In this document: in pieces, positions 56,410 to 64,000 of the stretch
Layout of the letters: every line of letters begins with the position of its first letter
Position numbering within the stretch: the first letter of the stretch is position 1
IMG/VR virus record: IMGVR_UViG_3300033747_000014
Length of the DNA stretch: 64,000 bases
Direction: 5' to 3' (one strand)
Source of the DNA: a virus
Lineage: Duplodnaviria > Heunggongvirae > Uroviricota > Caudoviricetes
Position numbers and translations under genes: made by a program
The notes under the pieces: generated by a model
Seen by the model: only the letters and a program-made list of their open reading frames with translations
Told to the model about the DNA's origin: nothing
The model's database searches: none

Positions 56410-56874
56410 TTAATAATTACCAGTTGCACCTTCAACTATCTCCAATATATTGTCATCAGGGATTGTGTTTCTATCCAATTTCTTAATTTCTCGAACAATA
56501 TAACCATGTTCATTCATAAGTTCTTTGAAAGTTTCAAAACTAGTGCTATGTCTTCCTGCTCCTGCAGGTTCATAACTAATTTCTTTCATAGTCTCTACAG
56601 ATATATCAGCATTAGTTTCGAAAACAACTGGAGTAAAATAATACATTTGTGCATCTTCTTTATAAATTAAAGTTCGATTAATACTATTTTCTTTATGTTT
56701 TTCACTTATTTCTGTAAATTCTTTAAACTCTTGATAAATTCTATTTAAATCTGTAAAATGATGTCCGGTTATTCTCCAGTGTTTTGAATCAACACTTTTA
56801 CTAAAATCATCATATTGATTAATCAAGTTTTCAAGATTAGTAAGAATATTTTGTTTTTTATCTGTAAAACTCAT
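56410..56874 (-). CDS. hypothetical protein
   Basis: 154-aa ORF. Confidence 0.35.
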   Translation of the reverse strand: MSFTDKKQNILTNLENLINQYDDFSKSVDSKHWRITGHHFTDLNRIYQEFKEFTEISEKHKENSINRTLIYKEDAQMYYFTPVVFETNADISVETMKEISYEPAGAGRHSTSFETFKELMNEHGYIVREIKKLDRNTIPDDNILEIVEGATGNY

Positions 56875-56876
56875 AA

Positions 56877-57086
56877 TTATATTTTTTTAAGAAATGATTT
56901 AGGAATATTAAAAGAATTTGTAAATTTAAAACCATCTACTTCATGTTCCACTTCTAAACAATACCAACCAGTAGGGTATTTTGATTTTAGAACACCAATT
57001 AGACCAGTTATATCATATGATATTCCCAACCTCTCTAATTGGTCTTTATTTGCTTTAATTTTATATTTGGGTGTGTCTTTATTCAT
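56877..57086 (-). CDS. hypothetical protein
   Basis: 69-aa ORF, first gene after the promoter at 57187. Confidence 0.25.
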   Translation of the reverse strand: MNKDTPKYKIKANKDQLERLGISYDITGLIGVLKSKYPTGWYCLEVEHEVDGFKFTNSFNIPKSFLKKI

Positions 57087-57184
57087 GTCTAGATTCTAAT
57101 TTTCTTATTAATTGGAATATTTGGTTATCAATTTCATAAATCAGATCTTTGTTTGTGTTAAAAGGTACAGTATTTTAAAAACAT

Positions 57185-57197
57185 CACAAATATAGAG
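57185..57197 (-). promoter_or_regulatory. TATATTTG promoter box (minus strand)
   Basis: CAAATATA at 57187-57194. Confidence 0.45.
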
Positions 57198-57471
57198 AAA
57201 TATTTTGAAAAAAATATGTTTTTTTTACTATTTATAATAAAGTTCTTTGATATTGTTGGTTGTTAAGAAAATACACCCTCTTAACGTAAAATCAAAAAAG
57301 GTTTAAATAAAAAGTATTCTTAAAAGCATTTTGCTAATAAGATATAGGGTGGAGTAGTTCATCCTTTGATGTTAAATATTTAACTCATAAAATTAATTTC
57401 ATTAATTTTAATATAAATTAATAACTATAACTATATGATTTAGTTAAAACTCTTCCAGTACCATTATAATT

Positions 57472-57684
57472 TTATTTTTTTATTTCTAATCCACAGTTAA
57501 AACACTCACAATTACCATCTTCATCAATTGGTTTTTCATATTGACGAAACAAACAAGTACAATATTTAATATTAGTTGATTGTTGCTCTTGTTTACCATC
57601 AAAAAATCTTTTCGGAATACCTAAACTACTATTTATTATCTTTTCTTGAAACTTTAATATTTCATTGTAATTATTCATACTCAT
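57472..57684 (-). CDS. hypothetical Cys-rich protein
   Basis: 70 aa with CTCLF...CECFNCG. Confidence 0.25.
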   Translation of the reverse strand: MSMNNYNEILKFQEKIINSSLGIPKRFFDGKQEQQSTNIKYCTCLFRQYEKPIDEDGNCECFNCGLEIKK

Positions 57685-57694
57685 TATTAAAAGT

Positions 57695-58081
57695 TTATTT
57701 ATTTTGCAATCTGACCCAATTATTTAGTTTTTTAAATTCATCTGAATCAAAATAAAAATCTTGATAACAACCATCATTTGGGGAATACATTATAATATAT
57801 TTTTTACCAAATTTATAAATATCAATGTTACCCATTCCATCAGTATAATATAATATATCTTTTTCACCGTTATTAAACCATTCATTAATTTCTTTTATAA
57901 ATTTAGATTGGTCTATTGTAATATATTTTGTTTCATGTAAAAAATCCTCATCATTATATTTATATAATATTTCAATCATATAACTATTATGTATACTGTC
58001 AGGTAATTTTTTATATAAACCTTTTATTTTACAATTTGTTATTTTAGTGAATCTATCATCACTTTTATTTCTTTCAACCAT
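57695..58081 (-). CDS. hypothetical protein
   Basis: 128-aa ORF. Confidence 0.3.
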   Translation of the reverse strand: MVERNKSDDRFTKITNCKIKGLYKKLPDSIHNSYMIEILYKYNDEDFLHETKYITIDQSKFIKEINEWFNNGEKDILYYTDGMGNIDIYKFGKKYIIMYSPNDGCYQDFYFDSDEFKKLNNWVRLQNK

Positions 58082-58083
58082 AA

Positions 58084-59070
58084 TTAATTAGTTTTAATGA
58101 AATATTCTTCTAATTCTCTATTCCAAGACAAAGATAATTCATTATTTGGTAATAATTTAATATTATTGATTTTATTTTCTTCTTTTACTTTTTTCATCAT
58201 ACCTGTAAAATCTCCAAAATTCCAATTTAAAATAATTGGTGTTTTTAATGGTATCAAACTATTTTTTACAAACCCAAATTGTAAATCATTTTCAATAATA
58301 GATATATTATGAGCGTTGGAAAAATATTCGTGAATAGAATTAAATAAATTCAGTATATGCTCATCATCCAATCTATTTTCTTTAGCCCATTTAATTTTTT
58401 TATTAACAACTGAAAAATCATCAACTTCTAAGATAGGACTAAATTTGATTGAATCACATGAATCTTTAATATTATTGTAAAAAGTAAGAAGATCTTTTAG
58501 ATTATCATTATTGCTTTTAAAAATATTATTATTAATTCTTAAATTAACATTATATTTTTTTGCATCAAGATATATTCTTCTAATATCACCTAATGATATA
58601 TAATGATTTGTATTGTTTATTTTTTGTTGTTGGTCTTTAAATTGACTCATATAAGAGATATTAATATGAGTCAAACCGCTTTCAAATAATTCTTTTCTAT
58701 ATTTTTCATCATTAGCCAATCTAATACCATTAGTTGTCATGACAATCTTATCTAAGAGATTAATATCACTTAACCACTTGATTAGTGGTATTAAATGTTT
58801 ACTAACAGTTGGTTCACCACCTAACAACAATACTTCATTTACATTCATTTTTTCAATTGCATATAATATTTTTTCTTTAAAAATATTAATATCACAATTC
58901 AACTTATTATGAATTAAATCTGCAATACAAAAATTACAATTTGAATTGCAATGATCAGTTAGAACAATGTCCAAATAAGGGTGTTTATTTAACAAATATG
59001 TTTTATTATTATTAAATGTTGAATATTCGTTTTCACCAAATTTAAATATTTCAAAATCTTCAATTTTCAT
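58084..59070 (-). CDS. radical SAM domain protein
   Basis: CxxxCxxC cluster HCNSNCNFC near N-terminus and VLLLGGEPT glycine-rich SAM-binding motif. Confidence 0.6.
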   Translation of the reverse strand: MKIEDFEIFKFGENEYSTFNNNKTYLLNKHPYLDIVLTDHCNSNCNFCIADLIHNKLNCDINIFKEKILYAIEKMNVNEVLLLGGEPTVSKHLIPLIKWLSDINLLDKIVMTTNGIRLANDEKYRKELFESGLTHINISYMSQFKDQQQKINNTNHYISLGDIRRIYLDAKKYNVNLRINNNIFKSNNDNLKDLLTFYNNIKDSCDSIKFSPILEVDDFSVVNKKIKWAKENRLDDEHILNLFNSIHEYFSNAHNISIIENDLQFGFVKNSLIPLKTPIILNWNFGDFTGMMKKVKEENKINNIKLLPNNELSLSWNRELEEYFIKTN

Positions 59071-59071
59071 A

Positions 59072-59362
59072 TTATTTTAATTTAAATCCGTTGAATTGAA
59101 ATTTAACACTACTAAACCCAGAGAACCCATTTAAATCTCTAAAAACGAACTTTGTCCACCAAAGCATAAATGATGATAAATCTTGACTATATTTTTCATA
59201 GTCCATAAATCCATTTGAACAATAGTATGGTGTCACTATTACTGGTTCACTCAAATCTAAACAAGATTTAAATGTAAAATATTGACAACCATGCTCCAGT
59301 GATTCTTTTCTATCTTCTTGGGTCAACATCCCTCGTTTATTTAAAATGTTTATTCTATCCAA
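59072..59362 (-). CDS. hypothetical protein
   Basis: 96-aa ORF, abuts radical SAM gene. Confidence 0.3.
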   Translation of the reverse strand: MDRINILNKRGMLTQEDRKESLEHGCQYFTFKSCLDLSEPVIVTPYYCSNGFMDYEKYSQDLSSFMLWWTKFVFRDLNGFSGFSSVKFQFNGFKLK

Positions 59363-59366
59363 ATTT

Positions 59367-59699
59367 CTATTTATTTAAATTAAAAAAATCATAAATCTCA
59401 CCAATTGAATTTTTATATGCAAATTTATATTTCTTGGCAATGGAATGTGTCATAAATGGGTTTGTAAAAACCTTATCATTCTTTATACAATTAGCTATAT
59501 CAACAAAATTAGCTTCTCCAAATTGATCAGATTTACCATAAAGAATAAATTCATCATTTTTAAAATCAAAAAGACCACCACCTTTAACCATATCATAATT
59601 CACAGCTAAATCTCTATGATATGTACATTTGGAAATGATTAGGCAGTCACCTAATTCTTCATCAGTTTCAATTATAAATTTAGGAAATAAATCTACCAT
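59367..59699 (-). CDS. hypothetical protein
   Basis: 110-aa ORF. Confidence 0.3.
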   Translation of the reverse strand: MVDLFPKFIIETDEELGDCLIISKCTYHRDLAVNYDMVKGGGLFDFKNDEFILYGKSDQFGEANFVDIANCIKNDKVFTNPFMTHSIAKKYKFAYKNSIGEIYDFFNLNK

Positions 59700-59704
59700 A
59701 ATAT

Positions 59705-60049
59705 CTAGTTGAAATAATACACACCATTATAAATAAAAACTAAGCAAGAAAACAATATAATAATAAAGAAACCCCTGATTGGTATTTCTATATGAGGTTT
59801 TTTGTACTGATCTTTTATGGGCATAAATAATCCCAATAAATATATAAATGTTATAAATATAACACTACCTTTAAATAAAAGTAAATCAAACATTGATAAA
59901 AAAAGCAATAATATTAATGCTCGATTGTAATATTTAAAATAGAAATGTTTTAGTTTGTTCATAATTTTATTTTTAATGTTTAAATAAAAAGAAGATTGAT
60001 TAAGAGAATTATTTTGGCGGTTGATTAAGCTTTCATATGAACAACACAA
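59705..60049 (-). CDS. membrane protein
   Basis: 114 aa, three hydrophobic helices. Confidence 0.35.
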   Translation of the reverse strand: MCCSYESLINRQNNSLNQSSFYLNIKNKIMNKLKHFYFKYYNRALILLLFLSMFDLLLFKGSVIFITFIYLLGLFMPIKDQYKKPHIEIPIRGFFIIILFSCLVFIYNGVYYFN

Positions 60050-60110
60050 ATAATTCTCTCAGGTGGATTAAGCATTTATTATTTACCACACAATCAATCT
60101 TCTTATTTTG

Positions 60111-60127
60111 TTAATACAAATATAGAT
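60111..60127 (-). promoter_or_regulatory. TATATTTG promoter box (minus strand)
   Basis: CAAATATA at 60117-60124. Confidence 0.45.
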
Positions 60128-60194
60128 GTTTTATTTTTAATAACCAAATTTTATTTATTAAAAAATGTTAAGTTTTCATTCACAATCATAGGAT

Positions 60195-60410
60195 TTAATA
60201 CTCAAGATATTCCTCATAATTATCATCTTCGAGAGGTTCTACACTCAGGGTATATATAGCATGTGTTGTTATTTCCATTGGAAAATCACAATGTAAACAT
60301 TCAATCGTAGTTGTATCTGAATCATCAACTAATTCATCATGCCAATTATCATCACTAAAATCATTCACCCTTTTACAAAATGGACATTTTACTTTAAAAT
60401 TACTTCTCAT
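60195..60410 (-). CDS. zinc-ribbon protein
   Basis: CPFCKRV...CLHCDF. Confidence 0.3.
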   Translation of the reverse strand: MRSNFKVKCPFCKRVNDFSDDNWHDELVDDSDTTTIECLHCDFPMEITTHAIYTLSVEPLEDDNYEEYLEY

Positions 60411-60520
60411 TTATTTTTAATTTCAATTAAATAATCAATAACCTCATTAATCTCTTCTTTAGTTAATCTCATAGTTCCGTAATAACATGAAAATCCATGA
60501 AATTACATTTTTTTCTTCAT

Positions 60521-61702
60521 TCATTGAGATCCTAACGGACTACTCTCCTGAAGCGTTAATTCGGGTGAACTAAACCCTATTTGTTTTATATTTAATATCC
60601 TTATTCCCTCTTTCTTTATATTAATCGCTGCGTTGATATCCCTATCATGACTTTTACTACATTCTGGACATATCCATGTCCTGTCTTTTAAAGTCAAACC
60701 ATTATTCTTATATCCACAGTTATTACATAATTTACTTGATGGGAACCATTTATCTATCTCCACTAAGTCTCTTCCGTACCATTTAGATTTATATTTTAAC
60801 ATTTCCTTAAATCTATATAAACTAAGTTCCTGAAGAGATATAGCTAATTTATGATTCTTAATCATATTACTTACACTTAAAGATTCCATTACTATAACTT
60901 GGTTTTCGTTTAGTAATTTATTACTTATTTCATGTAAATAATGTTCTTTCTTATTGTTTAGTTTTTCATAATATTTTGCTAATTTAAATTTACATTTATT
61001 TCTATTATTACTTCCCTTCTTTTTTCTTGATAATTCTCTATGTAATTTAGCTATTTTCTTTTTATTATTTCTTTTAATTTTAATATTATCGAAGGTTTCA
61101 CCTTCGGAAGTAATAACAAAATCTTTAATCCCTAAATCAATACCTATAGAATTATTAGATTCTGGTAATTGTTTATCTAAAGGTAAATCCACTAAAATAG
61201 ATAAGAAATATTTACCAGATTTATTTTTGGATAACGTTGCTGATTTAATTATTTTCTGATATTTATTTAATAATATTTCATCTCTTCTTGATGATTTAAA
61301 ATGAATATTTGATAATTTTCTAATTATAGTAATTCTATTACCAATAATTTTACCAATAGCATCAGATGGAAATCTACAAGATTGTTTATTATTATTTTTT
61401 GATTTAAATTTAGGAAATCCACTTCCATTCTTAAAGAAAGAATTATAAGCTTTATTAAGATCGATTAATGATTGTTGTAAGACTTTAGAATGAACATTTC
61501 TAAGCCATTCATATTCAGATTTAAGTTCAACTAATTTTTTACCTTGTTCTCCGAAGGAGACTGATTTATTATTAGAATTATATTCTTCTATACGATAAGC
61601 TAAGATATTATTATAAACAAATCTGGAACAACCTAAAAGATTACTAACGTAATCAGATTGTTCAGGATTTAGATATAATCTTATTTTAATAGCTTTAAGC
61701 AT
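60521..61702 (-). mobile_element. tnpB: IS200/IS605-family TnpB (OrfB) gene, copy 2 (inverted relative to copy 1)
   Basis: Start placed at MLKAIKIRLY as in copy 1. C-terminal ~270 aa are ~90% nt-identical to copy 1. RuvC and zinc-ribbon residues conserved. N-terminal third is divergent. Confidence 0.8.
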
Positions 61703-61919
61703 ATAGTATATTATTTTTATACTTATAAATAGTATTGAATTCAAAAAAAATATAAGATATTCATTATATTTTCAAAATATTTCTTTATTTATGTGATGTT
61801 TAAATAATACTTGTATAATTCATACAATCCTCAGTCATCATATCAATACTTAACAATTTACCATGTTCTTTAATAAATTCGATTGTGGTTTCTTCTTTAC
61901 AAATAATAAGTTCCATAAT

Positions 61920-62150
61920 TTAATCTTTATAAGGTTCAACATAAAAAAAGTGGCATAATTCAGTATGACAATATAAATAGGGTTTAGCCATATAATGAAT
62001 TACCCCTTTTTGTTTATACATATTTAAACCTATGAATATATGTATTACTGCAGATGGGATTGAAAATGGGATAGTAATTATTAAGCCTATTATAATTAAA
62101 AAGAATTTAAGTAATTTTATCATATTATCACCGTTTAAAATACATTTCAA
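61920..62150 (-). CDS. small membrane protein
   Basis: 76-aa hydrophobic ORF. Confidence 0.25.
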   Translation of the reverse strand: MKCILNGDNMIKLLKFFLIIIGLIITIPFSIPSAVIHIFIGLNMYKQKGVIHYMAKPYLYCHTELCHFFYVEPYKD

Positions 62151-62346
62151 ATAAATTTATTAAAATATTTCCATCACAATTGTAAAATTCAGATAATGTT
62201 GAATTATTTTCTTTACAAATAACCGCCAAATATTCATCATAAATTACTTCTTTATGACCAGATTCATAATTTTGAAAATTTTTATATTTGTCTTTAATTC
62301 TAACCTCAGCATCTTGAATTATTTTTATTCTAGTAAACATATCCAT
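62128..62346 (-). CDS. hypothetical protein
   Basis: 72-aa ORF. Confidence 0.25.
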   Translation of the reverse strand: MDMFTRIKIIQDAEVRIKDKYKNFQNYESGHKEVIYDEYLAVICKENNSTLSEFYNCDGNILINLFEMYFKR

Positions 62347-62349
62347 ATT

Positions 62350-62411
62350 ATATAATTTTAAAGTTGATCAAATTCAGGAATCCATTTATTTGGTAATCTT
62401 TTAAATTTAGT
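62350..62411. repeat. ~62-nt direct repeat copy A (duplicate of 62776-62837)
   Basis: TATAATTTTARAGTTGATCAAATTCAGGAATCCATTTATTKGGTAATCTTTTAAATTTA present twice, 3 mismatches. Copy A would encode the same C-terminal peptide KFKRLPNKWIPEFDQL-stop as gene 62784..63383. Confidence 0.7.
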
Positions 62412-62797
62412 TATTTATCTCTATAAAATTCATGATTTTCTAATGAATATTTTCCATTCATAGCTTTAAATTTACTTGCTGGGTCATAAAAATGGTAAAC
62501 TTGACCATTTGATCCATACATCATAAAATATGCAGTCCCACTACCAGTATCCCAAGCTTTAGTAGCAACAGTAAATATAGAGGGAAACAAATCAAGATTA
62601 AAATGTTTTTTTATTACCTTAGAAATTTTTATTGCTGAGGCTGTTATTTTTTGAGTTTCACTTAGAAACAACCTAACATACCCATATTCACTTTCTGGAT
62701 ATTTAGAAGGTATTTTCCATTTCTCTTCGAAAGGAATTGAATGTGAAAAATATCTGGATGGTATATGTTCCATTATTATAATTTTAGAGTTGATCAA
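62411..62797 (-). CDS. hypothetical protein bracketed by direct repeats
   Basis: 128-aa ORF lying exactly between the two repeat copies. Confidence 0.35.
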   Translation of the reverse strand: MINSKIIIMEHIPSRYFSHSIPFEEKWKIPSKYPESEYGYVRLFLSETQKITASAIKISKVIKKHFNLDLFPSIFTVATKAWDTGSGTAYFMMYGSNGQVYHFYDPASKFKAMNGKYSLENHEFYRDK

Positions 62798-62837
62798 ATT
62801 CAGGAATCCATTTATTGGGTAATCTTTTAAATTTAAA
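62776..62837. repeat. ~62-nt direct repeat copy B (3' end of gene 62784..63383)
   Basis: See copy A. Confidence 0.7.
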
Positions 62838-63383
62838 TTTCTTCTTTGTTAATGAATTTTTAACAACGAAATGATATTTTTCAAAAGTTTTACTATTTTT
62901 TAAAGTTGGTTCATGAATATACACATCATCATTATGGAAACTCCAATACCCACGTTCAATTCCGTAATGATACATTGATTTATAATAAAAGAATTTATAT
63001 CCTTTATTTTTTAAATATTTAAAATATTTATCAATATCTCCGATCCAACCTTTTAAAACAAAATTACCTTTATTAGAATAAACAAAACATAGTGTATATG
63101 CACCTAAACTCCAACATTTCTCTGTTACATTTGGCACATAGATCTCAGGCCAATGCTTCTTATTTGAAATTCTTTCTTGTTTCTTTTTTTCAATATCTTC
63201 ATATAAAGCAACAACATCATCAAGTGTAACCCCATCACTCTTTTTATCCATAAACTTATATCCATGAAGATAATACCAATTGGCTATTTTCTTAGTTATT
63301 TTTTTACTCATAGTTTTTTTATATATAAAAATTGAAAAATTTAAAATGTCTTCATTATAATAGAATGAATTTCTGTAAAGCAC
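62784..63383 (-). CDS. hypothetical protein
   Basis: 199-aa ORF. Confidence 0.35.
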   Translation of the reverse strand: MLYRNSFYYNEDILNFSIFIYKKTMSKKITKKIANWYYLHGYKFMDKKSDGVTLDDVVALYEDIEKKKQERISNKKHWPEIYVPNVTEKCWSLGAYTLCFVYSNKGNFVLKGWIGDIDKYFKYLKNKGYKFFYYKSMYHYGIERGYWSFHNDDVYIHEPTLKNSKTFEKYHFVVKNSLTKKKFKFKRLPNKWIPEFDQL

Positions 63384-63940
63384 TACCCACTATATTTCGC
63401 TTGTAGTTTTGCTAATTTAGCTTTTTCTTGTTTTTCTTTTCGTTTATTTTCAGAAGCTTTTCTAAGTTTTGGTAATGTTCGTTTCATCCTATCACAAAAG
63501 GTTTCATAAAGTTTTTTTGCATCATTAAAGTATTCAGGTGCTTCAACTTTTACCCTTTGTTCACAAATGTATTTTTCGCCTTTTACTTCTACCCATTTTT
63601 CGATTGAAAAAGAAAAACAATTCATTCCGCACGAACCATTGAAAGGGAAATCAATAAATGAATGAGCATCACGTCTATGTAGATCTTTCATATATTGAAA
63701 TAAATCTTCTACGTTTTCAATGGTTCTTTCATCACTCCACGTATCTTCTGGATATTCTGGGTGTCCAGTTTGCGAATATTCTGCTATTAATTTCTGATTA
63801 ATTTCCATCTTTTTTATAGCCCATAGTGCTCCTGCTGCAAAATCATCTCTAGCGTTGTCATGCTCGTTTGGTTTATCAATAACACTCCAGTTTGCATTTG
63901 CGTATTCATCAGCCTGATTAAATATCTCTTCTTTATCCAT
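63383..63940 (-). CDS. hypothetical protein
   Basis: 185-aa ORF with Lys-rich C-terminus. Confidence 0.35.
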   Translation of the reverse strand: MDKEEIFNQADEYANANWSVIDKPNEHDNARDDFAAGALWAIKKMEINQKLIAEYSQTGHPEYPEDTWSDERTIENVEDLFQYMKDLHRRDAHSFIDFPFNGSCGMNCFSFSIEKWVEVKGEKYICEQRVKVEAPEYFNDAKKLYETFCDRMKRTLPKLRKASENKRKEKQEKAKLAKLQAKYSG

Positions 63941-64000
63941 TTTCTGTGTTTTTATTAATATGTAAAAATAACAACCATTTAAATTTTTTCCATAATCAAT

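Noticed and set aside
1-64000. Hypothesis that the window is from a Mimiviridae-like giant virus (low GC, tRNA clusters, TnpB/Fanzor-like genes, interrupted tRNAs)
   Set aside because: Bacterial intrinsic terminators, the recurrent Bacteroidota TATATTTG -7 box, a lipobox lipoprotein, a type-II tRNA-Tyr and a Cas3-based CRISPR system all point to a bacterial, most likely Bacteroidota-type, host. The AAAATTGA mimivirus early motif occurs only sporadically, for example at 29223.
1-64000. Alternative genetic code (stop-codon recoding) suggested by odd tRNA-like genes with possible TTA or TCA anticodons
   Set aside because: Long genes (cas3, vWA protein, RNA ligase, MTases) are intact under the standard code and gene packing leaves no room for recoded reading frames in this window. 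Recoding elsewhere in the genome cannot be excluded.

Overview
The window is AT-rich (about 27% GC) and densely coding, with co-directional gene blocks, many short ORFs of unknown function and no housekeeping genes. It reads as part of a large phage or phage-like mobile element of a Bacteroidota-type host. The host inference rests on three things seen in the sequence: a recurring -7 promoter box TATATTTG (TAnnTTTG) upstream of both plus- and minus-strand genes, GC-stem/U-tract intrinsic terminators, and a bacterial-type long-arm tRNA-Tyr plus a Bacteroidota-style lipobox.

The most notable locus is a compact CRISPR-Cas system at 42.7-49.2 kb on the minus strand. It has an HD-helicase Cas3, two unclassifiable Cascade-like proteins and a Cas6-like RAMP with a glycine-rich loop. 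It has two arrays of a 36-nt repeat (12 and 6 repeats) with identical leader-repeat junctions, a tandemly duplicated promoter, and no cas1, cas2 or cas4. A DnaB-C-like ATPase and a standalone DUF262 (ParB-like) protein sit immediately upstream of cas3 on the minus strand.

Other features are listed below.
- RNA genes: about 18 tRNA or tRNA-like genes in five clusters. One minus-strand tRNA carries a ~49-nt insertion. One tRNA-Leu(TAG) lacks a pairing 5' acceptor strand. One type-II tRNA-like gene has an aberrant anticodon loop.
- Candidate Y-RNA module: a 194-nt structured RNA closed by an 11-bp terminal helix fills a gap between tRNA genes, about 1.3 kb upstream of a 573-aa vWA protein whose layout resembles Ro60/Rsr.
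- RNA repair genes: a Rnl2-like RNA ligase, a CCA-enzyme-head-like nucleotidyltransferase, a HAD phosphatase, YqeY and a possible PTH2-like protein.
- DNA modification and repair: four orphan DNA methyltransferases (two Dam-like, two beta-class) and a T4 DenV-like pyrimidine-dimer glycosylase.
- Other recognisable products: a SpoT/Mesh1-like (p)ppGpp hydrolase, an AAA ATPase, a DEDDh exonuclease, an SPFH lipoprotein and a radical SAM protein.
- Mobile element: two inverted, mosaic IS200/IS605-type TnpB genes about 45 kb apart.
- A compositionally distinct GC-richer island at 28.8-33.5 kb carries methyltransferases and small ORFs punctuated by a repeated GCACAACG-type motif and hairpins.

Most remaining ORFs are hypothetical. 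Several ORF-track entries are translation artefacts of CRISPR repeats or of the antisense strand of tRNA genes.
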